Below are positions 55,670 to 64,000 of a DNA stretch of 64,000 nucleotides, piece after piece; position 1 is the stretch's first letter; each line of letters begins with the position of its first letter. The position numbers were made by a program, and so were the translations under genes. The DNA is from Dehalococcoidia bacterium (GTDB lineage Bacteria; Chloroflexota; Dehalococcoidia; Lucifugimonadales; SAR202-VII-2). The stretch spans positions 850,389 to 914,388 of the forward strand of contig CBDDDS010000005.1 in the NCBI GenBank assembly GCA_965226745.1, read 5' to 3'. The notes below the pieces were generated by a model. The model was not told where the DNA came from. It saw only the letters and a program-made list of their open reading frames with translations, and ran no database searches.

Positions 55670-56887
55670 TTACGTTGTGTAGGCCGAATTGATGGTCACG
55701 TATTCGTTGGTCAGATCACATCCCCAGGCCTGCGCCGACGCGTCTCCCAGGCCCAGGGAAAGCCGGAAGACGACATCTTGCTCCGCCATGATGGCCACGA
55801 CGGCGTCCTTGAAGAAGGGAATGGGGCGTCCGTCCTCCATAATGCACACGTCGTTGATATAGAGGGCGATCTTTTCCTCCACCACCTCGGCGCCCGAAGC
55901 GCCAAGGCTGGCCAGAATCCGTCCCCAGTTGGGGTCGTTGCCGGTCACCGCCGTCTTCACGAGGCTGGAAGCCGCCACCGTCCGCGCCGCCCTCCGAGCG
56001 TCGCTCAGGGAGCGGGCGCCCTCCACGATGACTGTGATCACCTTTGTGGCGCCCTCCCCATCCCTGGCGATTTCGCGGGCGAGATGGGCGCACACCTGGG
56101 TCAACGCATTCTGAAAGACTTCCGCGTCGTCGCTGTCCCAGCTCATGACCTCGCCGCCGGCGGCGCCGTTGGCGAGAATGATGACCGAGTCGTTGGTGCT
56201 CATGTCGCCATCGACGGACACCATGTTGAGCGTCGAGTCCACGGCTTCGCGCAGGGCCTCCTTGAGAAAGGCCGGCTCAACGGCGGCATCGGTGGTGAGA
56301 AAGGTTAGGGTGGTTGCCATGTTGGGGTGGATCATGCCCGACCCCTTGGTAATGCCGCCGATGGTTACTGTCCGTCCGTCGTGGGGAAAGGAGACCGCGT
56401 ACTCCTTGGGCCTGAGGTCGGTTGTGAGAATGGCCCTCGCCAGAGGACGCCCCCCATCACTCGTCAGGTTGACCCTGGGGATGGCGCCCTTGAGCAACGC
56501 CACAGGCAACTCAACGCCGATCAGACCCGTGCTGCAGAAGAGCACGTCCTCCTGGGGAACGCCCAAGTGCACAGCCGCCAGCGCGGTGCACTCCTTCGCA
56601 TCCTTGTAGCCCTGCTCCCCAACACAAGCGTTGGCTATGCCGCTGTTAATGACGATGACCTGCGCCACGCCGTTGCTGATGTGCTCTTCCGTCACCACCA
56701 CCGAGGGGGACCGTATGAGGTTGGTGGTGAACATGCCCGCAGCGACGCTGGGCGTCTCGGACATCAGCATGCCGAAGTCGACCTTGTCCTCGCTGTAGGT
56801 CCTGATACCGGCATACGTAGCGCCGGCCAGGAAACCCTGAGGGCTGGTGACCGTGCCCTGGGGCACTTCTGTTATGTCGGCTGGCAC
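55670..56887 (-). CDS. argJ: bifunctional ornithine acetyltransferase / N-acetylglutamate synthase
   Basis: Autoprocessing-site context HPNMATTLTFLTTDA. The start is uncertain: GTG 56887 is preferred, and the ORF extends to TTG 56983. Confidence 0.85.
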   Translation of the reverse strand: MPADITEVPQGTVTSPQGFLAGATYAGIRTYSEDKVDFGMLMSETPSVAAGMFTTNLIRSPSVVVTEEHISNGVAQVIVINSGIANACVGEQGYKDAKECTALAAVHLGVPQEDVLFCSTGLIGVELPVALLKGAIPRVNLTSDGGRPLARAILTTDLRPKEYAVSFPHDGRTVTIGGITKGSGMIHPNMATTLTFLTTDAAVEPAFLKEALREAVDSTLNMVSVDGDMSTNDSVIILANGAAGGEVMSWDSDDAEVFQNALTQVCAHLAREIARDGEGATKVITVIVEGARSLSDARRAARTVAASSLVKTAVTGNDPNWGRILASLGASGAEVVEEKIALYINDVCIMEDGRPIPFFKDAVVAIMAEQDVVFRLSLGLGDASAQAWGCDLTNEYVTINSAYTT

Positions 56888-56997
56888 GCTGATTCCACTT
56901 GGGGACTGTAACGAATTCAGGAAGTGAGTATAGCATAGGGGCAGGGGGCTCACAACGAACGCGTGGGCGACGGAATGACTCAAACAGGAGGGAGAAC

Positions 56998-57867
56998 GTG
57001 GACATCGTAGGCATCATCAGCCCAGGGGACATGGGGTCGGCCATCGGCAGGGTGCTGCGGGAAGACGGCGTTGACATCGTGACCTGTCTGGAGGGCCGCA
57101 GCGGCCTCACTCGGCTGCGGGCGGAGGAGGGTGGGTTTCGCATACTCTCCACGCTCGAAGACGTCGTCAGGGCGGCCTCGCTCGTCCTCTGCGTGGCCCC
57201 ACCGTCGGAGGCATTCGGCATAGCTGAAAGAGCGGCGGCGGCAATGAAGGCGGCCGGGGCTACCCCCGTCTACGCGGACTGCAACGCCGTCTCGCCGGGC
57301 GCGGCGCGGCGCATGGAGAGCGTCATTGCCGAGGCGGGGGCCACGTTCATCGACGCCGGCATTATCGGTCCGCCTCCTGGCCCCGGGAGGCACACTCGGT
57401 TCTCCTGTTCCGGTCCAGACACCGGGGCCTTTGAGGAGCTTGGCAGACGCGGCCTCGATGTACGGGTGGTGGGCAGAGAGGCCGGGCAAGCGTCTGCGCT
57501 GAAGATGACCTACGCCGCCTCCACCAAGGGCGCCGCGGCGCTCTGGACCGAGCTGATGGTGGCGGCCAAGGCTCTGGGCGTTGGCGAGGAGCTAGCCTAC
57601 GAATTCTCGCTGGGCCGGGCCGAGCTTGCCCAGCACTACATGGGCGAGATTACGTCCATGCCCCACCGGGCCCGCCGATGGATTGGCGAGATGGAGGAAA
57701 TTGCCGCCACGTTCGAGGACGTGGGCCTGACCCCCCGCATCTTCCAGGGCGTGGCCGACGTGTTCCGGTTGGTCAGCGAGACACCACTGGCCGATCAGAC
57801 GTCTCGAGAGCCGGACCCATCGCTGGAAACGGTGCTGGAAACGCTGGTGAGTAGGCTCACGCGCTGA
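56998..57867 (+). CDS. NAD(P)-binding oxidoreductase (6-phosphogluconate-dehydrogenase-like N-domain + DUF1932-like C-domain)
   Basis: GTG 56998 follows AGGAGGGAG. Has the Rossmann start VGIISPGDMGSAIG. Confidence 0.65.
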   Translation: MDIVGIISPGDMGSAIGRVLREDGVDIVTCLEGRSGLTRLRAEEGGFRILSTLEDVVRAASLVLCVAPPSEAFGIAERAAAAMKAAGATPVYADCNAVSPGAARRMESVIAEAGATFIDAGIIGPPPGPGRHTRFSCSGPDTGAFEELGRRGLDVRVVGREAGQASALKMTYAASTKGAAALWTELMVAAKALGVGEELAYEFSLGRAELAQHYMGEITSMPHRARRWIGEMEEIAATFEDVGLTPRIFQGVADVFRLVSETPLADQTSREPDPSLETVLETLVSRLTR

Positions 57868-57961
57868 CCCGGGAGCCCGGTCCCGCTGGGGATGGGCCGG
57901 GGTCAACCCCCGCGCGCTGAGATGCTACAATTCGAGGCACGACCAATCAGGAGGTTCCTTC

Positions 57962-59125
57962 GTGACGCTCGACCAGCAGGCCAGGGAAGAAGCCCGCTCG
58001 CAGATTGTGAGCGCGGTGCGGGAGTTCGTACAGAGAGATGTCGTCCCGACAGCCATGCGATGCGAAAACGACGACATCTATCCCGCCGAACTCGTCGAGC
58101 AGATGAAGGAGATGGGACTGTTCGGCATCACGATCCCCGAGGAGTACGGTGGCCTGGGCCTGGACTTCACCACCTTCGCCATTATCTTCGAGGAGCTGTC
58201 CAAGGGGTGGATGAGCATCAGCGGCCCCATCGGGACGCACCACATCATGGCCGAGGTCGTTGCCAAGTACGGCACCCCCGAGCAGAAGCGGCGCTGGCTC
58301 CCTCGAATGGCCACCGGCGAGCGGCGGGGCGGACTGGCCCTGACCGAGCCCGACGCTGGCTCCGACGTTCAGGCCATGGAGACCACGGCGGTCAGGGACG
58401 GCGAGGAGTATGTGCTGAACGGCTCGAAGATGTTCATCACCAACGCCGAGCACGGCAACACGTTCCTGATCCTTGCCAAGACCGACCGCAACGCCGAGCC
58501 ACGCCACCGGGGGATCACTGCCTTCCTCGCTGAAAAGGGTCCCGGCTTCAAGGTGGGCCGCCACCTCGACAAGTTGGGCTACCGCGGCCTGGACACCTGC
58601 GAGATCACGTTTCAGGACTTCCGGGCGCCCGCCGAGAGCGTTATCGGCGGGGAGGAGGGCAAGGGCTTCGTCCAGGTGATGGACGGACTGGAGAGCGGGC
58701 GCATCAACGTGGCGGCCCGAGCCGTGGGCGTGGCGGCCGCCGCTTTCGAGGCCGCTGTGAAGTACGCTCAGCAACGCAAGACCTTTGGCAAGCCCATTGC
58801 CCAACACCAGGCCATTCAGCTCATGCTGGCCGACATGGCGACCAAGGTGCAGGCCTCCCGGCTCCTCGTCCACGACGCCGCGGCCAAGAAGGACCGCGGA
58901 GAGCGGTGCGACCTCGAGGCGGGCATGGCCAAGCTGTTCGCCTCCGAGGCCTGCGGGCAAGTCACGCTGGACGCAATGCGCATCCACGGGGGCTACGGCT
59001 ACATCAAGGAATATCCCCTGGAGCGCTACTACCGGGACGCTCCGCTGATGATCATCGGCGAGGGCACCAACGAGATTCAGAAGCTGGTCATCGCTCGCAA
59101 CCTCCTCAAGCGGTACGCGATCTAG
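57962..59125 (+). CDS. acyl-CoA dehydrogenase (paralog 1)
   Basis: 387 aa with GTG after AGGAGG. Has typical ACAD motifs (ALTEPDAGSD, catalytic IGEGTNEIQ). Confidence 0.9.
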   Translation: MTLDQQAREEARSQIVSAVREFVQRDVVPTAMRCENDDIYPAELVEQMKEMGLFGITIPEEYGGLGLDFTTFAIIFEELSKGWMSISGPIGTHHIMAEVVAKYGTPEQKRRWLPRMATGERRGGLALTEPDAGSDVQAMETTAVRDGEEYVLNGSKMFITNAEHGNTFLILAKTDRNAEPRHRGITAFLAEKGPGFKVGRHLDKLGYRGLDTCEITFQDFRAPAESVIGGEEGKGFVQVMDGLESGRINVAARAVGVAAAAFEAAVKYAQQRKTFGKPIAQHQAIQLMLADMATKVQASRLLVHDAAAKKDRGERCDLEAGMAKLFASEACGQVTLDAMRIHGGYGYIKEYPLERYYRDAPLMIIGEGTNEIQKLVIARNLLKRYAI

Positions 59126-59133
59126 GAGGAGCC

Positions 59134-60291
59134 GTGGCAGTCGAGGCCAACCCGGAGCTGCGCAGTCAGGTCCTACGGACGGTGCGGGAGTTCGTCCAAC
59201 GAGACGTAGCCCCCATCGCCGACCGCTACGACAACGACGATATCTACCCTCATGAGCTCGTGGCCCTTATGAAGGACATGGGCCTCTTCGGCTGCATCGT
59301 GCCGGAGGAGCACGGAGGGCTAGGCCTCGACTTCACGACCTATGCCATGATCATTGAGGAGATTTGCAAGGGCTGGATGAGCGTCTCCGGCATCCTCAAC
59401 AGCCATCTCATCATGGCCTACGCCGTCGCCACGAAGGGAACAGAGGAGCAGAAGCGCACCTGGCTGCCCCTGATGGCGAGCGGGGAGAAGCGGGGCGGTT
59501 TGTGCCTCACTGAGGCCAACGCCGGCTCGGACGTTCAGGCCATCGAGATGACCGCTGTGCGCGATGGCGAAGAATACGTCATCAACGGCGCGAAGATGTT
59601 CGTGAGCAACGGCGAGCAGGGCAACACCTTCCTGCTCCTCGCCAAGACGGACCGGGAGGCCCAGCCGCCACACCGAGGCATCAGTGGCTTCATCGTGGAA
59701 AAGGGGCCTGGCCTGGAGGTTGGTCGCCACCTAGACAAGCTGGGCTATCGCGGCCTCGATACCTCAGAGCTGGTGTTCCGGGACTTCCGGACGCCTGCCG
59801 AAAACCTCCTCGGCGGCGAGGAAGGCCAGGGGTTCTATGCCGTGATGAGCGCCCTAGAGGTGGGCCGCATCAACGTTGCGGCCAGAGCAGTGGGGGTAGC
59901 CACCGCGGCCCTGGAGACGGCGGTGAAATACGCCCAGCAGCGCAGGACCTTCGGCAAGCCCATCGCCCAGCATCAAGCCATCCAGATCATGCTCGCCGAC
60001 ATGGCAACCAAGGTGCAGGCGGCGCGCCTCCTCACCTACGACGCCGCCGCCAAGAAGGACCGGGGCGAACGATGCGACCTGGAAGCGGGAATGGCAAAGC
60101 TCTACGCCTCCGAGATATGCCAGCAGGTCGCCATGGACGCGATGCGCATCCACGGCGGCTACGGATACATCAAGGAGTTTCCCCTGGAGCGCTACTACCG
60201 GGACGCACCGCTGATGATCATCGGCGAGGGCACCAACGAGATTCAGAAGCTGGTCATTGCCAGGAGCCTGCTGAAGCGTTACGCGGTCTAG
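59134..60291 (+). CDS. acyl-CoA dehydrogenase (paralog 2)
   Basis: GTG 59134 follows GGAGGAG, about 385 aa. Closely similar to paralog 1 along its whole length. Confidence 0.9.
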   Translation: MAVEANPELRSQVLRTVREFVQRDVAPIADRYDNDDIYPHELVALMKDMGLFGCIVPEEHGGLGLDFTTYAMIIEEICKGWMSVSGILNSHLIMAYAVATKGTEEQKRTWLPLMASGEKRGGLCLTEANAGSDVQAIEMTAVRDGEEYVINGAKMFVSNGEQGNTFLLLAKTDREAQPPHRGISGFIVEKGPGLEVGRHLDKLGYRGLDTSELVFRDFRTPAENLLGGEEGQGFYAVMSALEVGRINVAARAVGVATAALETAVKYAQQRRTFGKPIAQHQAIQIMLADMATKVQAARLLTYDAAAKKDRGERCDLEAGMAKLYASEICQQVAMDAMRIHGGYGYIKEFPLERYYRDAPLMIIGEGTNEIQKLVIARSLLKRYAV

Positions 60292-60517
60292 CCGTAGCGC
60301 CCGGAGAGGCTGTTGACAAGCTGGGAACCTCTCTATAGCTGGTGTGGTGTACAAAACCCCACAGTGACAGGGGGCTCCTCATGGCCCATGCTAACGCGCT
60401 TGACCCCACGGCCCGAGCCGAACTGGCCAGCGGGATCCTGGACAAGCTGCCGGCCAGGCCTCGCGGGGAAGGACTCTCGAAGGTGAAAGCTATAGCGGAC
60501 CGAGGGGAGGGCTAGGA

Positions 60518-60988
60518 ATGGCAACCATCGACAAGCGCGCGACCTACGGGGCGCCGTATGAAGACTTTCACGTGGGCGACTTCATCAAGCACTGGCCCGG
60601 CAAGACCATCAGCGAGTCGGACAACAACCTCTTCTGCGCCATTACCCGCAACGAGAACCCGTTGCACCTCGACGCCGAGTACATGAAAGGCCACCAGCAC
60701 GGGCAGTTGCTGGTGGTGGGAACGCTGGTGCTCAGTCTGATTGTCGGGATGACGGTGCGGGACATCAGCGGGCAAGCAGTCGCCAACCTGGAGTACGAGT
60801 CCATCCGCCACGACGGCCCGGTCTTCATAGGCGACACGCTCTACGCGGAGACGGAGATCCTGGACAAGTGGGAAACCAGCAAGGGCAACCGGGGCATCGT
60901 TTACGTGGAGACCTTGGGCTACAATCAGAGAAGAGAGAAGATTCTGACCGTGCGGCGGAGGTTCCTCTGCCAGAAGCGGGGAACCTAG
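60518..60988 (+). CDS. MaoC-like (R)-specific enoyl-CoA hydratase/dehydratase (hot-dog fold)
   Basis: 156 aa with ATG after GGGGAGGG. Shows the MaoC pattern (NPLHLD, hot-dog length). Confidence 0.8.
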   Translation: MATIDKRATYGAPYEDFHVGDFIKHWPGKTISESDNNLFCAITRNENPLHLDAEYMKGHQHGQLLVVGTLVLSLIVGMTVRDISGQAVANLEYESIRHDGPVFIGDTLYAETEILDKWETSKGNRGIVYVETLGYNQRREKILTVRRRFLCQKRGT

Positions 60989-60999
60989 CGGGCATCTGA

Positions 61000-62340
61000 A
61001 TGTCGCAGCAGACCTACACCGTATCCATCCACTACGACCGCCGTCTCTACCGGCAGGACATCGCCGGGTCGGTGGCCCACGCCCGCATGCTGGCGAAGCA
61101 GGGCATCGTCCCCGACAAGGAGGCAGCCAGGATCATTGGCGGGCTGTTGGCCATCCAGGCGGAGATAGCAGAGGAGCGCTTCCCCTGGAAGCCGGAGCTT
61201 GAAGACATCCACATGAACATCGAGGCCCGCCTCCACGACCTCATCGGGCCGGTGGCGGGCAAGCTCCACACCGCCCGCTCCCGCAACGACCAGGTGGCCA
61301 CCGACCTGCGCCTCTACGTCAAGGAGGCCATCGAGCAGACCATCGCCGGTCTGCGAAGACTACAGGAGGCCATCGTCGGAGTCGCCGAGGCAAACAGCGA
61401 GACCTTCTTGCCGGGCTATACGCACCTTCAGCGGGCACAGCCGGTGCTTCTGGCGCATCATCTGCTCGCCTACTTCGAGATGCTTCAGCGGGATGTCGCC
61501 CGGTTCCAGGACTGTCGCGGCCGCACCGACGTTTTGCCGCTGGGATCGGGCGCGCTGGCCGGGGTCCCCTACCCCATCGACCGCGATGCTGTTGCCAAAG
61601 AGTTGGGCTTCAGCCGGGTGTCCGCCAACAGCATGGACGCCGTATCGGACCGGGACTTCGCCGTGGAGTTCCTGTCGGCGGCGGCGCTGTGCATGGCGCA
61701 CCTCTCGCGGCTGGCCGAGGAGTTGGTGTTGTGGTCGTCCCAGGAGTTCGGCTACGTCACCTTGAGCGATGCCTATACCACGGGCAGCAGCATCATGCCG
61801 CAGAAGCGCAACCCGGACCTCGCCGAGCTGGCGCGAGGAAAGACGGGCCGGGTCTATGGCAACCTGGTGTCCATCCTGACCATCCTCAAAGGCCTGCCTC
61901 TCACCTATAACCGGGACCTCCAGGAAGACAAGGAACCGCTGTTCGACACAGCCGACACCCTTCTGGCCACCCTAGATGCCTTCCACGGGATGGTTTCCAC
62001 CATGCGGGTCAACGCCGAACGCATGGGAGCAGCAGTGGCCGAAGAGTCGCTGCTGCTGGCAACGGACCTCGCCGACTACCTAGTGGGCAGGGGGCTGCCC
62101 TTCAGGGAAGCTCACGGAATCGTCGCCAAGCTATCCAGACGCGTCGCTGAGAGCGGGAAAAGCCTGCGGAACCTCTCTCTCGACGAGTACCGGGCCTTCT
62201 CCGAAACCTTCGATGAGGGCGTCTACGACATCACCCCGCAGAGCTCGATGAAGGCGCGGAACGTTCCTGGAGGGACGGCGCCGCAGCAGGTTGCCGTCGC
62301 CCTGACTGAAGCCCGGCGTTCACTGGAGGAGGGGCAGTGA
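61000..62340 (+). CDS. argH: argininosuccinate lyase
   Basis: 446 aa with the fumarate-lyase signature GSSIMPQKRNPD. The N-terminus is shorter than usual (no WGGRF segment). Confidence 0.9.
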   Translation: MSQQTYTVSIHYDRRLYRQDIAGSVAHARMLAKQGIVPDKEAARIIGGLLAIQAEIAEERFPWKPELEDIHMNIEARLHDLIGPVAGKLHTARSRNDQVATDLRLYVKEAIEQTIAGLRRLQEAIVGVAEANSETFLPGYTHLQRAQPVLLAHHLLAYFEMLQRDVARFQDCRGRTDVLPLGSGALAGVPYPIDRDAVAKELGFSRVSANSMDAVSDRDFAVEFLSAAALCMAHLSRLAEELVLWSSQEFGYVTLSDAYTTGSSIMPQKRNPDLAELARGKTGRVYGNLVSILTILKGLPLTYNRDLQEDKEPLFDTADTLLATLDAFHGMVSTMRVNAERMGAAVAEESLLLATDLADYLVGRGLPFREAHGIVAKLSRRVAESGKSLRNLSLDEYRAFSETFDEGVYDITPQSSMKARNVPGGTAPQQVAVALTEARRSLEEGQ

Positions 62341-63035
62341 CAGACCGGTATTCAGCCAACCCGGCGCCCGTCAAGTTGGCTCCCTCAATCCTCTCCGCCG
62401 ATATGGCCCGCCTGGGGGAGCAGATCGCTGAGGCCGGGCGGGCGGGCGGTGACTACATTCACGTGGACGTGATGGACGGCCGTTTTGTGCCCAACCTGAC
62501 CATTGGGCCCGTCGTCGTAGAGTGGGCGCGGTCGTGGACTCCGTTGCCCCTGGACGTTCACCTGATGGTAGTGGAGCCAGAGCGTTTGATCCCGGCTTTC
62601 GCCAGCGCCGGAGCCGACTTGCTGACCGTTCACGCGGAAGCCTGTCCTCACCTGCACCGCGTTGTCTGGGAGATCAAGGAACTGGGCGTCCGCGCCGGGG
62701 TGGCCGTGAATCCGGCTACCCCGCTCTCCGCGGTCGAAGAAGTGCTCCCCGACTTGGACCTACTCCTCGTCATGTCGGTCAACCCCGGCTTCCCGGCCCA
62801 GAAGTTCATTCCCGGAACCCTCGGCAAGCTGGCGCGAGCCCGGCGCATGCTGGACGACGGCGGCTACGCAACGGAACTGGAGGTTGACGGCGGCGTGAAC
62901 GCGGACACTGCGGCAAGCGTTGTGGAGGCGGGAGCGACGGTGCTGGTGGCCGGCTCCGCAGTCTTTAACCCGCGACAGACTGTCGCTGAAGCAATGGAGC
63001 GGCTACGCCAGAGCGTAGGAGCGGGAGCGCGCTAG
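62337..63035 (+). CDS. rpe: ribulose-phosphate 3-epimerase
   Basis: 232 aa with the pattern PSILSAD...HVDVMDG...VDGG. The start overlaps the argH stop. Confidence 0.9.
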   Translation: MTDRYSANPAPVKLAPSILSADMARLGEQIAEAGRAGGDYIHVDVMDGRFVPNLTIGPVVVEWARSWTPLPLDVHLMVVEPERLIPAFASAGADLLTVHAEACPHLHRVVWEIKELGVRAGVAVNPATPLSAVEEVLPDLDLLLVMSVNPGFPAQKFIPGTLGKLARARRMLDDGGYATELEVDGGVNADTAASVVEAGATVLVAGSAVFNPRQTVAEAMERLRQSVGAGAR

Positions 63036-63072
63036 GCGCGCCAGAGAGGCTTGGCAGGTTTACCGGACAGTG

Positions 63073-63255
63073 CTAGCGAGCTGCCTTGTGGTAAGTTCGC
63101 AGGCAGCGGGTGCACAGCTTGAACTGGGCGGCGACCCCATTCACCACCAGAGTGGCCCTGCGCACGTTCGGCTTGAACCAACGCTTGGTGTGGCGGTTGG
63201 AGTGGCTGACGGTGGAGCCCGAGTAGGGCCGCTTGTGGCAAATCTCACACTTCAT
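63073..63255 (-). CDS. rpmB: 50S ribosomal protein L28
   Basis: 60 aa: MKCEICHKRPYSGSTVSHSNRHTKRWFKPNV. Confidence 0.9.
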   Translation of the reverse strand: MKCEICHKRPYSGSTVSHSNRHTKRWFKPNVRRATLVVNGVAAQFKLCTRCLRTYHKAAR

Positions 63256-63335
63256 AAGTGATTCCCTAGGAGGGGCCGCCCTTGACCGGCGGGGGCGAGC
63301 CTGAATACAATCGCCGCAAGCACCAAGGGTAGCAA

Positions 63336-64000
63336 ATGACGACGCACCGCGCAAGCAACAACGAAGCGGGGGAAGCGTGCGCCTATCTGACGGGCACAGA
63401 CCTCCGGGGCATGGCCCACTCCTTTCATGTGGCCCTTGAGCAGAACTATGAGATCCTCAATGCCTTGAACGTTTTCCCCGTCCCAGACGGCGACACCGGC
63501 GCCAATATGCGGCTCACGGTGCGAAGCGTCTGGCAGGACGTGGAGCCCCGGGATGGCACCACCGTGAGCGGCATCGCCGCCGCCATGGCCCGCAGCGCCC
63601 TGTTGGGCGCACGCGGGAACAGCGGCGTCATCCTTTCCCAGTTCTTCGCCGGCCTTGCGAGGGGGCTTGGCGAGCTTGATGCAGCCGGCGGTGCCGACGT
63701 TGCAAGGGCATTCCATGAAGCAACGGGGGCGGCCTATAAGGCCGTTGGCAACCCCACCGAAGGCACCATGCTCACCGTAATCCGCGAGGCCGCGGAGGCT
63801 GCCCAGAAGGCCGCAGACGCAGGCGGTGCCGACGCGCTCTCGGTCTGGCGGGCCGCCAGCGACGAGGCGGCGGCCTCCGTCCTACGTACGCCCAGCCTGC
63901 TGCCGGTGCTTAGAGAGGCAGGGGTTGTAGACGCCGGCGGCCAGGGGCTGGCCCTGATGCTGGAGGCTGGGTTACGCCATCTCCAAGGCGAGACACTCGA
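63336..64000 (+). CDS. DAK2-domain protein (YloV-like), 5' partial at the window edge
   Basis: My own translation from ATG 63336 stays open to the end of the window. It contains LNVFPVPDGDTGANM and ARGNSGVILSQ DAK2 motifs. Lies divergent from rpmB, as in many genomes. Confidence 0.8.
   Translation, partial: MTTHRASNNEAGEACAYLTGTDLRGMAHSFHVALEQNYEILNALNVFPVPDGDTGANMRLTVRSVWQDVEPRDGTTVSGIAAAMARSALLGARGNSGVILSQFFAGLARGLGELDAAGGADVARAFHEATGAAYKAVGNPTEGTMLTVIREAAEAAQKAADAGGADALSVWRAASDEAAASVLRTPSLLPVLREAGVVDAGGQGLALMLEAGLRHLQGETL

Overview
High-GC bacterial chromosomal segment with mostly housekeeping and catabolic genes. No rRNA, CRISPR array, transposase, integrase, reverse transcriptase or Cas gene was recognised. 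All family calls rest on motifs I recognise by eye, since no search could be run. The gene content (thiolase+DUF35, hydantoinase/carboxylase pair, amidohydrolase_2, many SDRs, acyl-CoA dehydrogenases, UPF0182) looks like a Chloroflexota-type heterotroph, but that placement is a guess.

Gene map:
- 45-1633: thiolase-like + DUF35 pair.
- 2092-2190 (-): tRNA-Sec, next to trxA and a cysteine desulfurase.
- 4821-15239 (-): a block with a HyuB(+fused gamma-like Zn ribbon)/HyuA carboxylase-like pair, an epimerase and a LivJHMGF-type ABC importer.
- 16985-19891 (+): a 968-aa gamma-class N6-adenine methyltransferase sitting alone between two arrays of GC-rich REP-like repeats.
- 21490-28005 (-): six tandem SDR paralogs (one frameshifted) behind an amidohydrolase_2 gene.
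- 28634-37508: DMT transporter, amidohydrolase, SDR, DUF3179 protein, bicupin, TAXI-like protein, dinB.
- 37797-49116: korAB, ccmE, ilvE, proBA, csoR-copA.
- 49132-56887 (-): an arginine cluster, argJ-argB-UPF0182-argD ... argG. argH lies downstream on the + strand.
- 57962-64000: two tandem acyl-CoA dehydrogenases, MaoC, argH, rpe, rpmB, yloV (partial).

Most interesting observations:
1. An unannotatable three-member family of promoter-plus-leader elements (A 20798-21215 +, B 28126-28585 +, C 50335-50755 -). They share a near-consensus promoter with a conserved spacer motif, runs of about 11-nt periodic repeats, and a common tail. A and B are direct repeats bracketing the SDR block. C forms the long leader of argG.
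2. A DUF3179 lipoprotein with an in-frame UGA exactly where the family's conserved first CxxC cysteine lies, followed by a SECIS-like hairpin. This is a candidate selenoprotein, consistent with the tRNA-Sec in the same window.
3. The 6x SDR tandem amplification.
4. The methyltransferase island embedded in about 100-bp tandem repeats.
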